From contig CAYZNF010000007.1 in the NCBI GenBank assembly GCA_964479725.1, positions 1 to 62,539 on the forward strand: 62,539 nt of DNA, written 5' to 3'. Origin of the DNA: an uncultured Candidatus Saccharibacteria bacterium (lineage in GTDB: Bacteria; Patescibacteriota; Minisyncoccia; Minisyncoccales; UBA10102). The first letter of the stretch is position 1. Each line of letters opens with the position of its first letter. Positions 1 to 10,319 of this stretch are shown here, one piece after another. Made by a program: the position numbers and the translations under genes. The notes beneath the pieces are model-generated. The model did no database searches. It saw only the letters and a program-made list of their open reading frames with translations, and had not been told where the DNA came from.

Positions 1-1056
1 TTAGGTTTAATAAACAAAAGAAAAAAAAAAGAAAAAGAAGAAAAAAAAGAGGATAAAAAAAGAAAAAAAAGCAATGAGAGCAAAGAAAATGAAGAGGGAA
101 AGTCTCCCAGGCAATTTGAGGAAACCCTCAAATTTTCTGTTTTTAACTGTGCCGACAGCAAAGGGCTGGAAAAAGAAAATCAGCCTTTGCACACTGCTCT
201 TTTGGAGGAAGGCGGCAGTATAAGCAATTATTACCGCTCAATCTGGGAATGCAAAGATCAAGCTCTGTTGAGCAACAGTATTGAGCTTGCTTATGGGGAA
301 TTGACGGGAGATTTGCCCCGTGAGGCAATTGTGCGTTATAGAGGCGGAGCAGGAGGAAAAGTGCATGCCTATGGGGTATACCAGTTTGTGAATGGCGCGT
401 ACCGAAAAATGATGAGCCGCGGTGATTCGAACTGGGGAGATCCGCGAAATGGCGCTTTGTTTGATATAAGAAATCAGCAATTGATTGTGGCGGAAAATAT
501 TTATAGGGAAGGGGATGCCGAATGCTGTCCTTCTGATCATGCCGTTATTTTTTACTGGTTTGACGGGAGAAAGCTTGAGGTAGAAAAAATCCTGAATGAT
601 CAGAAAAATGATATTACAAAATCAGCATTTATTCCGTTGGACCCAATCAATCTTACCTCGGCCGAGGAAAATGATATATTCCTTTGGCGGAATTATAGGG
701 ATGCTGAAGCGGAAGCAGAAATACGCTATCCTGCCAATTGGAGCGTGGAAAAGAGCAAAAACGGTATGGTTTCGTTTCGCTCTGTCGACGGCAAGGAGCT
801 GGTATTTTGCCCAAAAGGATGCTTAGCAGATACAAAGGGCTTGTATTCCCGCGATACATTGATAAATATCAGGGGAACTGCCGAAAAAGCGACGCGATCC
901 GATTTTTATAGCCGAAGCGACGAGAAATATCGAAAAACAGCGCTTTCGGCAAAGGGAACAACCCTGGAAATGCGTCTTCGCCTTGGGGACTGGAGCTATC
1001 AAGCGCCCGAAGTCTTCGAGAAGATCGTTTCGACTTTCCAATTTGTGCCGAAATAA
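1..1056 (+). CDS. 5'-truncated secreted/surface protein: LppP/LprE-like module (GDAECCPS) plus C-terminal PsbP-like module
   Basis: Frame +1 is open from base 1 (manual translation LGLINKRKKKEKEE...QPLHTALL), so the TTG at 187 is probably not the true start. Motifs YREGDAECCPS and WRNYRD..AEIRYPANW. Confidence 0.6.
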   Translation, partial: LGLINKRKKKEKEEKKEDKKRKKSNESKENEEGKSPRQFEETLKFSVFNCADSKGLEKENQPLHTALLEEGGSISNYYRSIWECKDQALLSNSIELAYGELTGDLPREAIVRYRGGAGGKVHAYGVYQFVNGAYRKMMSRGDSNWGDPRNGALFDIRNQQLIVAENIYREGDAECCPSDHAVIFYWFDGRKLEVEKILNDQKNDITKSAFIPLDPINLTSAEENDIFLWRNYRDAEAEAEIRYPANWSVEKSKNGMVSFRSVDGKELVFCPKGCLADTKGLYSRDTLINIRGTAEKATRSDFYSRSDEKYRKTALSAKGTTLEMRLRLGDWSYQAPEVFEKIVSTFQFVPK

Positions 1057-1100
1057 CGTACAATTGAAAATTGAATTGAGAATTTGTAAATTTATAATGC

Positions 1101-2090
1101 ATGTTTGATGTCATTACAATCGGTTCTGCGGTGAGGGATGTTTTTATGAGCTGCAGCAAAATTAAGGCAGTGGAAGGAAAAGAATTTCCCGCAGGAAAGG
1201 GAGCTGTGTTTCCCGTTGGAGCAAAAATAGATGTGGATGAAATGAAATTTATGGTTGGCGGAGGGGCGGTGAATACGGCGGCAACTTTCGCAAACCGAGG
1301 GATGAAAACAGGCGTGCTTGCTTCAATAGGCAAAGATATTGCGGGAGAGCAGGTAAAGAAATTTTTAAAAGAACATAAAATTTCGACGAATTTTCTCTAT
1401 GAAGATCCCCGGCTGCCGACTTCATACTCGACCGTTATTTCATTGGGAGGAGGGGATAGGACTATTTTTCGGTATAAAGGGGCAAAAGACAGTCTTGCCC
1501 ATTATCGTATCCTCTGGGATTCATTAAAAGCCAAATGGTTTTACGTCAATCATTTAGAGGATGAAAGCGCGAAGCTTTTGCCCCAAATTTTGGATTTTGC
1601 CAAAAAGAAAGGAATTAAAATTGCCTTCAATCCGGGAAGCACCCAAATTGACATGAAAGAAGAGGTGATACCCCTGTTGAAAAACATTGATGTTTTTATG
1701 GTAAATCAGGAAGAGGCATCAGCCTTTACCGATATTGCGTACAATAATAAATCAGAAATTTTCAGGAAACTCGATGAATGGGTGGATGGAATTGTTATTA
1801 TGACGAAAGGACCCGAAGGCGTGGAGGTTTCAGACGGGAAAACAATTTGGTCTGCGGAGGTATTGCCATTGGAAAAGGTTGTAGATAGGACGGGAGCGGG
1901 GGATGCTTTCGGCTCCGGGTTTGTTGCTGCTCTTATCCAAAAACCAGGGGATATTGAACATGCCATACAGTTCGCTTCGGCAAATGCCACAGGCGTTTTA
2001 ACGGCTTGGGGCGCTACAAACGGATTGCTTAAAAAAGACGACTCTCCCTTTAAACATGGCAAGTTGAATATCAAAAGTACTATGCTATAA
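1101..2090 (+). CDS. PfkB/ribokinase-family carbohydrate kinase
   Basis: GGGAVNTA N-terminal signature; DRTGAGDAFGSG C-terminal PfkB signature. Confidence 0.93.
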   Translation: MFDVITIGSAVRDVFMSCSKIKAVEGKEFPAGKGAVFPVGAKIDVDEMKFMVGGGAVNTAATFANRGMKTGVLASIGKDIAGEQVKKFLKEHKISTNFLYEDPRLPTSYSTVISLGGGDRTIFRYKGAKDSLAHYRILWDSLKAKWFYVNHLEDESAKLLPQILDFAKKKGIKIAFNPGSTQIDMKEEVIPLLKNIDVFMVNQEEASAFTDIAYNNKSEIFRKLDEWVDGIVIMTKGPEGVEVSDGKTIWSAEVLPLEKVVDRTGAGDAFGSGFVAALIQKPGDIEHAIQFASANATGVLTAWGATNGLLKKDDSPFKHGKLNIKSTML

Positions 2091-2099
2091 TTGGAGCAT

Positions 2100-2330
2100 A
2101 TGGCGAAGCAAAGCGATACAATCACTATCTCAAAAAAATACATAGAAAAAAGGGGAGGTGTGGTAATTTTAGGCTTAAAAGAATATCAAAAACTCTGCGA
2201 ACAGGCAGCGCCGATTTATCAGTTGCATGGTAAAGAGGCAAAAGAGCTCGATGAACTGGTGCGAGAAGGTATGCGAGAGTACAAGGCGGGGAAGACCACA
2301 AAAATAAAATCGTTGAACGACTTAGCTTAA
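2100..2330 (+). CDS. Putative type II antitoxin
   Basis: 76 aa immediately upstream of a RelE-like toxin; acidic/basic C-terminus (ELDELVREGMREYKAGKT) typical of such antitoxins; TGCTATAAT upstream. Confidence 0.7.
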   Translation: MAKQSDTITISKKYIEKRGGVVILGLKEYQKLCEQAAPIYQLHGKEAKELDELVREGMREYKAGKTTKIKSLNDLA

Positions 2331-2333
2331 CGC

Positions 2334-2591
2334 ATGGAAATTCAGGTTTCGGAACGCTTCAAGAAAAGCTATCATAAACTTCCCAAACGAGTGAAAGATC
2401 GGGCGAAAAAGAAGGAAGCGATTTTCCGAACGAATCCCTTTGCTGCAAGTCTTAAAACGCATAAGCTTTTGGGGAAAGAAGCAGATATTTGGGCGTTTTG
2501 GGTTAATGATTCCTACCGGATTAAATTTATCTTCCTTCCCAGCAAGGAAGTTTTATTTTTAGACATCGGTACACACAGAATTTATAAGTGA
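2334..2591 (+). CDS. RelE/ParE-superfamily (YafQ/RelE-like) mRNA interferase toxin
   Basis: 85 aa, basic; FKKSYHKL...LKTHKL...WAFWVNDSYRI...DIGTH pattern. Confidence 0.85.
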   Translation: MEIQVSERFKKSYHKLPKRVKDRAKKKEAIFRTNPFAASLKTHKLLGKEADIWAFWVNDSYRIKFIFLPSKEVLFLDIGTHRIYK

Positions 2592-2622
2592 ATGTTTTTG
2601 TAATTCTTGATAAATAATATCT

Positions 2623-3855
2623 ATGTACGGAAAACTTTCTGAAATTCTCAATGTTCCGCAAGAGCAGTTAGACGCGATAGAGTCCGAAACAATGCGACTG
2701 TTGGGAAGAGCTTCGGCAATGAAGGGTCTTGAAGAAGAAAATGGGCAATTGCTTGATAAAGCGTTTCGATCTTTGGGCAGATTGCCCCGCGATTCAAAGG
2801 AAGTGCGTGAAGCTTTATTTTCCCAAATTGAAAAACACGAGCAGGAATTATACCGCTATATCGGCATTTCTGCCCAGAGGTTTGATTTTGAAAGGGTGGC
2901 TACATCAGCCAGGGAAATTGCCACAGAAAGCGCCGGTTGGTTCTTGAAAAAAGATTACGCAAAGGAAATTCTGCAAAAGCGCCCTCCCTACAGCACAATG
3001 CATTACTTGGGATACTCGAATGCCGAGGATATGTTAAGGAAAGAGGACGTGGGAGAGGTGTTTTCTGCTTTGCGTTTTACCGAGTCAGATGACTGGATGC
3101 ATGAAACATTCGACGCGGCATATAATGGATTTACGCCGGATGCTTTTGAAGAACGGGCAATCGAATTGCGGGTTTTGGGGCCGCAATGGAAAGACATTGC
3201 CCAAAAATATGTGGCAAAGAAGCACCACAACGTGAGCCATTTAAAGGAATTTGGGATTATTTTTTTAAATCCAATCGCACAAACGGAGCCTGGCAAATTC
3301 CTGCGTGATTTTGCGCTTTTGCTCCATTATTTTCATGAAGTGGCTTTTTACAGCAAATTATTCAGGCGGTATGCTGAGCTTGATAACTTTAGCCAAAAAT
3401 TCATTTCCCTATTACGGGGGGATGTCCTTGAAAAAAACAGCGTGAAAGCGGGGGAGTGGCTTATAGTGCAAAGATATTTGTGGAAGGTTAATTCCGAGGA
3501 TCCCCGTTTGTTTTTGCCGCACGTAAACCCTGAATCAATCCATTGGAGGAAGGCCCAGGAAGATTTGGTTGCCTTCGGGAAAAGGAACGAGCAAAGCGGG
3601 CTTGAGTTTTGGGACCAGTTGTGGGCCGCCGCAGGAATTTTTCCCAGTAACGAAGGACAAAGGGAGCTGGTAAGTTTTGAGATGGAAGACAACGCTATGG
3701 GGGTAGCTTCGAGGAGCGATGGGGGAAATGAGGTATTTTATTACCACCAGCGCGAAGCCTTATGGAACCGTATTTTTGCCGCGTACGCGGGAGGGTACCC
3801 AGAACTTGAAAAATATATTATTGAAAACATGGAAAAGGGGTCTATAATGCTTTAA
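2623..3855 (+). CDS. Conserved hypothetical cytoplasmic protein (410 aa)
   Basis: Long ORF, typical codon use, between sugar-metabolism genes; possible metal motifs KKHHNVSHLKE and LLHYFHE. Confidence 0.75.
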   Translation: MYGKLSEILNVPQEQLDAIESETMRLLGRASAMKGLEEENGQLLDKAFRSLGRLPRDSKEVREALFSQIEKHEQELYRYIGISAQRFDFERVATSAREIATESAGWFLKKDYAKEILQKRPPYSTMHYLGYSNAEDMLRKEDVGEVFSALRFTESDDWMHETFDAAYNGFTPDAFEERAIELRVLGPQWKDIAQKYVAKKHHNVSHLKEFGIIFLNPIAQTEPGKFLRDFALLLHYFHEVAFYSKLFRRYAELDNFSQKFISLLRGDVLEKNSVKAGEWLIVQRYLWKVNSEDPRLFLPHVNPESIHWRKAQEDLVAFGKRNEQSGLEFWDQLWAAAGIFPSNEGQRELVSFEMEDNAMGVASRSDGGNEVFYYHQREALWNRIFAAYAGGYPELEKYIIENMEKGSIML

Positions 3856-3874
3856 AAACGAATTTCTATTTGAT

Positions 3875-4849
3875 ATGGCAAATAAAAAAGTTTTCATCAC
3901 GCGGCAGATTCCAAAGAAAGGTATTGACATGCTGGTTGAAGCGGGGCTTGATGTTGAAATTGGTTCTATGACAAAAGCGCTTTCCCAAAAAGAGATTATA
4001 AAAAGAGCCAAAGGGGCTGAAGCCCTGCTGTGCTTGCTTGTGGATAAGATTGATGAGGGGGTTTTAGCATCGCTCTTACCCGAATTGAAGATAGTGGCCA
4101 ACTATGCGGTTGGCTATGACAATGTGGATGTTAAAGCGGCAAAAGAGAGGGGTATTGTCGTTACAAACACTCCCGGCGTACTTACCGATGCGGTTGCGGA
4201 ACACACTGTGGCTTTAACCCTGGCTTTGGCAAAGCGTCTTGTGGAGGCAGACAATTATGTGCGTGCGGGAAAATACAAAGGGTGGGAGCCGGATCTTTTT
4301 GTGGGAGGAGAGTTGAAGGGGAAAGTGGCGGGTATTGTGGGGCATGGCAGAATTGGATGCCAGGTGGCGGAAATTTTCCAAAAAGGATTCGGGATGAAGA
4401 TTTTGTATCATGATGCAAATAGAGACGAGCAAGCCGAAGCAAGATGCGGCATTTCTTATGCCACACTGCATGAGCTGGCAAACCAAGCTGATGTCATAAG
4501 TCTGCATGTGCCTCTTTTACCCGCAACCCATCACTTGATAGGAGAGAAGGAATTTGGGTTAATGAAGCCGACAGCCTATTTGGTTAATACATCGCGCGGC
4601 CCCATTGTCGACGAAAAAGCCCTGGTAAGTGCGTTGAAAAAAAAGCAAATAGCGGGAGCCGGACTTGATGTGTATGAAAACGAGCCAAAGCTTACCCCTG
4701 GTTTGGCGAAATTGTCCAATGTGATCCTTACTCCCCACACTGCTTCTGCGACAAAAGAAGCCAGGGAAACTATGGCAGTAATGTCTGCGCAAAATATTAT
4801 TGCCGTGCTTTCAGGACAGACTCCCCCAAACGCAGTTGAAGTGAAATAA
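3875..4849 (+). CDS. D-isomer-specific 2-hydroxyacid dehydrogenase (D-glycerate dehydrogenase/glyoxylate reductase)
   Basis: AVGYDNVD, VTNTPGVLT, GIVGHGRIG, NTSRGPIVDE, GLDVYENEP, TPHTASAT motifs. Confidence 0.93.
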   Translation: MANKKVFITRQIPKKGIDMLVEAGLDVEIGSMTKALSQKEIIKRAKGAEALLCLLVDKIDEGVLASLLPELKIVANYAVGYDNVDVKAAKERGIVVTNTPGVLTDAVAEHTVALTLALAKRLVEADNYVRAGKYKGWEPDLFVGGELKGKVAGIVGHGRIGCQVAEIFQKGFGMKILYHDANRDEQAEARCGISYATLHELANQADVISLHVPLLPATHHLIGEKEFGLMKPTAYLVNTSRGPIVDEKALVSALKKKQIAGAGLDVYENEPKLTPGLAKLSNVILTPHTASATKEARETMAVMSAQNIIAVLSGQTPPNAVEVK

Positions 4850-4866
4850 GATAAATTTCCGGTCAG

Positions 4867-4893
4867 AGCCACCTGTCGATGCGGGTGGCTTTT
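4867..4893 (+). terminator. Intrinsic terminator
   Basis: AGCCACC...GGTGGCT stem followed by TTT, just after the dehydrogenase stop. Confidence 0.7.
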
Positions 4894-4990
4894 GAATTGG
4901 GAAAGGAATTTTGGCTAGGTGCGTCAGCATAATATAAGAGGCGCCCAATAATACCAAAATAATACAGCAATATAATACAGCAATAAAAAT

Positions 4991-5128
4991 ATGTTTCTCG
5001 TTGATCCAAGCGCGAAAACGAATTGGAAATATGTTGGAATTGTAGTTATTGTTGCAATAGCCGCGGGAAGCTGGATAATTTGGTACGCCAGCGACACCAT
5101 GGAAGAAATAAAGTCTCTTGGATTGTAA
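4991..5128 (+). CDS. Small single-TM protein (45 aa), not in the ORF track
   Basis: Manual translation MFLVDPSAKTNWKYVGIVVIVAIAAGSWIIWYASDTMEEIKSLGL; TNWKY+TM resembles N-anchors of Parcubacteria surface proteins. Confidence 0.6.
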   Translation: MFLVDPSAKTNWKYVGIVVIVAIAAGSWIIWYASDTMEEIKSLGL

Positions 5129-5256
5129 ACAAGCCGGGCAATAAATTTGTGCTTAAATCCCGCTTTGCGGCGGGATTTTGCGTGAATGTTACAATTATGA
5201 TATTATGGGAAAATTACATTTCGTAGAGTCCACGACAGCAAATTGATGGAATAAAT

Positions 5257-5769
5257 ATGCCAATTATTAAATGTTTAGACTGCGGAAAAGAGTATGAGGT
5301 GCTTGCCGTGATTCACGATTGTCCTAAAAGAAAAAACGCGGCGGTAAGCGAAGAAGAGAAAAAAGAGTGGGAGAAAAAATCATCAGTTATGAAATTTTTT
5401 GGATACGCACCCGGTCTTCCGTCTTTTTTACGATTTTACGCCTCAACCCTTGCTGTTTCTGCCGCAGCAGGACTCGCATTGGCAATATTTGGAGTTGTGA
5501 TGTTGATTTGGGGACGCTTTTCCGATGCGGCAATTTTTGACTCGCGAACCAATTTTGTTTTGACATTGTACGGAAGTATTGGATTCATCGCAGCTGCCGT
5601 GTTCTCATACGGAATTGCAAACATGAAAAAATGGATTTTGTATGCAGAAGGAGCAGCGGTAATACTGCTTATTCTGATTGGTTTTTTGCTTGGGGACATT
5701 ACTATCCCTCTTTTTGGACTTGCTCCTTTTTTGGTAGCTTTGCTTTACCGCAAAAAATTTGTCTATTAA
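5257..5769 (+). CDS. Membrane protein with N-terminal Zn-ribbon-like motif and ~4 TM helices
   Basis: CLDC...HDC at the N-terminus; hydrophobic C-terminal two-thirds. Confidence 0.7.
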   Translation: MPIIKCLDCGKEYEVLAVIHDCPKRKNAAVSEEEKKEWEKKSSVMKFFGYAPGLPSFLRFYASTLAVSAAAGLALAIFGVVMLIWGRFSDAAIFDSRTNFVLTLYGSIGFIAAAVFSYGIANMKKWILYAEGAAVILLILIGFLLGDITIPLFGLAPFLVALLYRKKFVY

Positions 5770-5946
5770 TTTATCTTACACGCCGTTTATCGCAATCATA
5801 AGAACTTCATCTATTAAAATAAAATACGATTGCCCTAGCTAAGACGTGTGTTTCATCAGCTTGCATGATTCACGGTAGGGGTGGTATGGTGAAAACGAGG
5901 AAAGTCGGTCGTTTTCGCCAATATCAGTAACGATTGAGCTTATTAT

Positions 5947-7476
5947 ATGGGATCAAAAACATTTAATTTTAGGCTTATTTTTGGTTTCGTTATAGCCATA
6001 ATGCTTGCGGGAGGGGGATTTGCGGCATATTACTTTAGCAACGAGCAAAAACAACAGCAACCCATTCAAAAAAGCCAGAATGAAGAGAAGGGCGGTGCCA
6101 CACAGTCAGAAGAGCGGGGATTGCTTCGATTTTCTTCTGTCAGCTGGGAATCATACTACAACGATGAATTTGGATTTGAGATAGGATATCCAGGACCCTC
6201 GCATGATGAGGTGCATGTCTACGCACAGTCTGAAAATAATAGGACAAGGATAGGTTTTATGGAAAAGTGGTACATGGGTCCGGTGACATGGTATAGAATG
6301 CAAATTTTTGTTGATAAAGGAAAAACTATCAAAGAGATTCTGGAAGAAAACAAGCAAGAATCGCTGGGAGTAATAGAGGATTCTAGCAAAAAAACTAGAG
6401 ATATTGTCATAGATGGATACCCCGCCAAAGAGATGAGTGTGGACACGTCGATAGGTGTATCTAAGGTCATAGTAGTAAAGCATCCTAGAAAAGATGCAGT
6501 CTTGACACTCTCTCTAAAAGAAGGAGTGTTCGAGAAAAGTATTTACGATAAAATTATTGCTTCGTTTCGTTTTGTAGAAGACACAAAAGACATCACTATT
6601 GAAGAGATAAAACAAGTTCAATACCCTCTCGGTAAGGCGACTTATTTTCAAATGGACGATCTTGTTAAGAAGCAAGAACCGGTTACCCTAGATAATGTGT
6701 TCTTTTCGGATTTAAACAGTGATAATCAAGAAGACGCACTTACTGTTTTACTGGATAATGAATATTCGCGGGTAATTGTCTTACTGAATGACAAAGGAAA
6801 ACCAGTGTTTGCGGATATGGAAAATATCCTTTTCCCTGTCAAAGATATTGCTATAGAAAACGGAGAAATTGCAATGATTTCTGCCGTCCAATCTTCTTTG
6901 GGGGATGCAGGGAGGGAAACGTGGAGGTATCGTTTTGTTGATTCAAAATTTGTGCTTGCTGAAGAATATTTTCAGCTAAAAAAACCCGATCCGAGTGAAT
7001 GGAAGACATATAGAAATGAAAAATATGGATATGAGGTGAAATATCCCGCAAATTGGCAAATTGAAACAAGGAATAAGGGTAAATATCTGAATATATGGAA
7101 AGACGCTGAATTTTATGGGGGCAGTGATATATTGAGAGTCCCCGCTCTCTTATATATTAATGTTGATGCTGAAATGAGCTTAGGAAAAAAAACACTCCGT
7201 GAATGGTATATTGAAGAGTGGGAGGAGCGAAATAAACGCAAATTTGATCCTAATGATCCAACGATAGAATCTCTTGAAGACGTCGTAAAAAATGGGTCTC
7301 CCGGTCTTGAAGTTTATACCCCAGCGGGTGGAGGTACAGCCACTTATATAACCGATGGAAATGTGATTCTTAAAATGGGTAGCAACTATCCAACTGATTT
7401 TTATGAATTTGTTTCTCCCAATGTTCGTGACTACGTTTATAAAATACGAGACACCGCGAGGTTTATTGAGAAATAA
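5947..7476 (+). CDS. Membrane-anchored multidomain surface protein (two PsbP-like modules flanking an LppP/LprE-like module)
   Basis: N-terminal TM; WESYYNDEFGFEIGYP and WKTYRNEKYGYEVKYPANW motifs; FSDLNSDNQEDA segment. Confidence 0.7.
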   Translation: MGSKTFNFRLIFGFVIAIMLAGGGFAAYYFSNEQKQQQPIQKSQNEEKGGATQSEERGLLRFSSVSWESYYNDEFGFEIGYPGPSHDEVHVYAQSENNRTRIGFMEKWYMGPVTWYRMQIFVDKGKTIKEILEENKQESLGVIEDSSKKTRDIVIDGYPAKEMSVDTSIGVSKVIVVKHPRKDAVLTLSLKEGVFEKSIYDKIIASFRFVEDTKDITIEEIKQVQYPLGKATYFQMDDLVKKQEPVTLDNVFFSDLNSDNQEDALTVLLDNEYSRVIVLLNDKGKPVFADMENILFPVKDIAIENGEIAMISAVQSSLGDAGRETWRYRFVDSKFVLAEEYFQLKKPDPSEWKTYRNEKYGYEVKYPANWQIETRNKGKYLNIWKDAEFYGGSDILRVPALLYINVDAEMSLGKKTLREWYIEEWEERNKRKFDPNDPTIESLEDVVKNGSPGLEVYTPAGGGTATYITDGNVILKMGSNYPTDFYEFVSPNVRDYVYKIRDTARFIEK

Positions 7477-7490
7477 ACACCAATAAAAAT

Positions 7491-8372
7491 GTGAGTGGTG
7501 TACAACAGGTAGTAACAAAAGAGGATGAGAGATATCCGGAAAGGTTGAAGGAAATTCCGGATGCGCCAAAGCAATTGTACTACAAGGGGAATTGGGACGA
7601 CTCTATTTTTGAGTCGTGTTTGGCTGTGGTTGGAGCAAGGAGGATGACAAGCTACGGCAAACGCGTTACCGAACAGCTAGTAGGAGAATTAGCCTCATCG
7701 GGAATTACCATTGTATCCGGGTTTATGTACGGGGTGGATGCCATGGCCCACAAAGCCGCGGTAAATGTTGGCGGGAAAACAATAGCGGTAATGCCCTGCG
7801 GCATAGATCTTATACATCCAGAATATCAAAAGGATTTGTATAAGGAAATTTTAAACAGCGGCGGTCTCGTTATTTCAGAATACGAAGGCGATACTGCCCC
7901 GGGATATTGGACGTATCCCAGGAGAAATCGAATCGTTGCCGGTCTTTCCCAGGCGATTCTTGTTGTTGAAGCGGCGGAAAAAAGCGGATCGCTGATTACC
8001 GCCAGTTTGGCAAAAAAGTTTGGGCGCACTTTATTTTCTGTACCGGGGCCAATTACCAGCGCGGTTTCGCAAGGGACTCTTTCGCTTATCGAAGACGGAG
8101 CGGTGCTGGTGAGGAACAGCGGAGTCATTCTTTCGTATTACAAAAAGCAAGCTGGCAAGACAATGCCGTTGTTTAAGGAAGAAAATGGCAGGAATGCCGG
8201 GGGAAATAAAACGGAGAAAAATATTATGGAGCACTTAAAAAGAGAGCCAATGGATCTCGACACTCTTTCTCGTGCCAGCAATATTTCGGCGGCAGAGTTG
8301 GGAACGGCGCTTTCTTTAATGCAGTTGAACGGTTTTATTGCCGAAGATGGCGGAAAATACTATGTTATATAA
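7491..8372 (+). CDS. dprA: DNA-processing protein DprA
   Basis: AVVGARRMTSYG, IVSGFMYGVD, YPRRNRIVAGLS, VVEAAEKSGSLITA; C-terminal wHTH. Confidence 0.96.
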   Translation: MSGVQQVVTKEDERYPERLKEIPDAPKQLYYKGNWDDSIFESCLAVVGARRMTSYGKRVTEQLVGELASSGITIVSGFMYGVDAMAHKAAVNVGGKTIAVMPCGIDLIHPEYQKDLYKEILNSGGLVISEYEGDTAPGYWTYPRRNRIVAGLSQAILVVEAAEKSGSLITASLAKKFGRTLFSVPGPITSAVSQGTLSLIEDGAVLVRNSGVILSYYKKQAGKTMPLFKEENGRNAGGNKTEKNIMEHLKREPMDLDTLSRASNISAAELGTALSLMQLNGFIAEDGGKYYVI

Positions 8373-8374
8373 AT

Positions 8375-9913
8375 ATGCTGATTAAAATTCCCTCTGCCGC
8401 TCACTTGGGTTTGGACTCTATTGGGGTTGATGTTGAAATAAATGTGGCAAATAGGGGACTTCCCGGGTTTGATATTGTCGGTTTGCCAGATAAAGCAGTA
8501 GACGAAAGCAAAGAAAGGGTGCGTACGGCAATTATTAATTCCGGGATCGAATTCCCTCAAAAGAAAATCATAATTAACTTAGCGCCGGCTGATATTCCAA
8601 AAGAAGGCTCTTTGTACGATTTGCCAATGGGGGTTGGCATTTTAGCGACTACTTTGCAGTTTGAAATTCCGCCAAAGAGTTTGTTTTTTGGAGAATTATC
8701 TCTCGATGGATCTTTAAGGCATACCAAGGGCGCTTTATTGTTTGCCCTTTTTGCAAAACAAGCCGGCTTTGAAAAATTGTTTGTGCCGGCTCCCTCGGCA
8801 AACGAAGCCGCTATTGTTAGGGGCATTGAAGTATATCCTGTAGAAAATATCTCCCAGATTATTGCCCACTGCAACAAGACAATTGCTATTGAGCCTGCGG
8901 TGTTCAGCGCGCCTGGCGCCGAAGAAATAGGAGCGGCTGATTTTGATATGGCAGAAATTTTGGGGCAGGAAAAAGCCAAGCGTGCCATGGAAATCGCTTC
9001 GGCGGGAGGGCACAATATTCTTTTGGTGGGAAGCCCGGGAGCCGGCAAAACAATGCTCGCGAGAGCTTTGCCCGGTATTTTGCCCCTTCTTTCAGAAGAA
9101 GAATCGCTTGAGGTAACAAAGATATTTTCTGCCGCCGGTATTATTCCTCCCGGAGGGTCTTTGGTAAGGATAAGGCCATTTCGATCTCCCCATCACACCA
9201 TTTCGCAAATTGGTTTAACTGGCGGCGGAGCAAGGCCTCAGCCGGGAGAAATTACGCTTTCCCACAGGGGTGTCCTTTTCTTGGACGAGTTCAACGAATT
9301 TCCCCGTTCCGTAGTGGAAGCAATGCGGCAGCCCTTGGAAAGCGGCTGGGTAACCATTTCGAGGAGCCGCGCGCGTGTAACATATCCATCGCGTTTCATG
9401 CTTGTTGCTTCGGCGAATCCTTGCCCGTGCGGGTATCTTAACCATCCCAAAAAATCATGCTCGTGCTCCTTAAAAGAAATCCAAAAATACAAAAAACGTA
9501 TTTCAGGCCCCATCTTGGATCGCATCGATCTGCATGTCGAGGTTTCGGATGTTGATCCCCGCGAATTGCTGCAAGATCGCATCCCGACTGCCGGCGAAAA
9601 TTCGACTGCCGTACGAGAAAGAGTGGTAAAAGCGAGAAGCATGCAAGAAGAGCGTTTCCGGGAAGAGGGAATTCATGCAAATGCTGAAATGGGAAACAAA
9701 CATATCAAGAAATACTGCAGAATGGAAAAAGAAACAGAACAGCTTTTGACCAAAGCGGCGTTGTCTTTTCATCTTTCCGCGCGAACTTATTTTAAGGTTA
9801 TTAAAATGGCCAGGACTATTGCGGATTTGGCAGAATCTCCTGAAATCCAAACTTCTCATTTGGCCGAAGCCTTGCAGTATCGATCTAAGGCATACGATCA
9901 GGAAGGAGTGTAA
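8375..9913 (+). CDS. comM: ComM/YifB Mg-chelatase-like AAA+ ATPase
   Basis: IVGLPDKAVDESKERV, GSPGAGKTM, RPFRSPHH, HRGVLFLDEF, NPCPCG, ISGPILDRID. Confidence 0.96.
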   Translation: MLIKIPSAAHLGLDSIGVDVEINVANRGLPGFDIVGLPDKAVDESKERVRTAIINSGIEFPQKKIIINLAPADIPKEGSLYDLPMGVGILATTLQFEIPPKSLFFGELSLDGSLRHTKGALLFALFAKQAGFEKLFVPAPSANEAAIVRGIEVYPVENISQIIAHCNKTIAIEPAVFSAPGAEEIGAADFDMAEILGQEKAKRAMEIASAGGHNILLVGSPGAGKTMLARALPGILPLLSEEESLEVTKIFSAAGIIPPGGSLVRIRPFRSPHHTISQIGLTGGGARPQPGEITLSHRGVLFLDEFNEFPRSVVEAMRQPLESGWVTISRSRARVTYPSRFMLVASANPCPCGYLNHPKKSCSCSLKEIQKYKKRISGPILDRIDLHVEVSDVDPRELLQDRIPTAGENSTAVRERVVKARSMQEERFREEGIHANAEMGNKHIKKYCRMEKETEQLLTKAALSFHLSARTYFKVIKMARTIADLAESPEIQTSHLAEALQYRSKAYDQEGV

Positions 9914-9922
9914 GCGAAAAAC

Positions 9923-10279
9923 ATGAAGCATAATGATACGGGAAAATTAGGCGAGGATATTGCCAAGCAATATCTCGCCAAAAAGGGGTATAAAATAATA
10001 GAGCGGAATTGGCGCACGAGATACAACGAAATAGATCTTGTTGTGGAAAATAAGGAATGGTGCGTGATTGTGGAGGTGCGGACTAAAATAGGGGAGCGGT
10101 TCGGCACGCCGGAAGAAACACTCGATTATAATAAAACGCAAAAACTTTTGCGCAATGCAAAGGCTTATGCCGCAATGAAGCGGGTAAAAAAGCCCTATCG
10201 CATTGATGCGGTTTGTGTGGTATTAAATATAGATGACACCCTTTCTCGCATAACCCATTACGAGAATGTTGCCAATTAG
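9923..10279 (+). CDS. yraN: YraN-family endonuclease
   Basis: GKLGED, IIERNWR, EIDLV, VEVRT PD-(D/E)XK pattern; adjacent to comM/dprA. Confidence 0.92.
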   Translation: MKHNDTGKLGEDIAKQYLAKKGYKIIERNWRTRYNEIDLVVENKEWCVIVEVRTKIGERFGTPEETLDYNKTQKLLRNAKAYAAMKRVKKPYRIDAVCVVLNIDDTLSRITHYENVAN

Positions 10280-10319
10280 AAAAAATGTATGAAATAGTCG
10301 GTTTTTACGTCAAATAAAC

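Noticed and set aside
1-100. A-rich low-complexity start of the window
   Set aside because: It stays in frame with the 187-1056 ORF as a K/E-rich linker and could also be contig-end noise; nothing supports a regulatory or repeat element.
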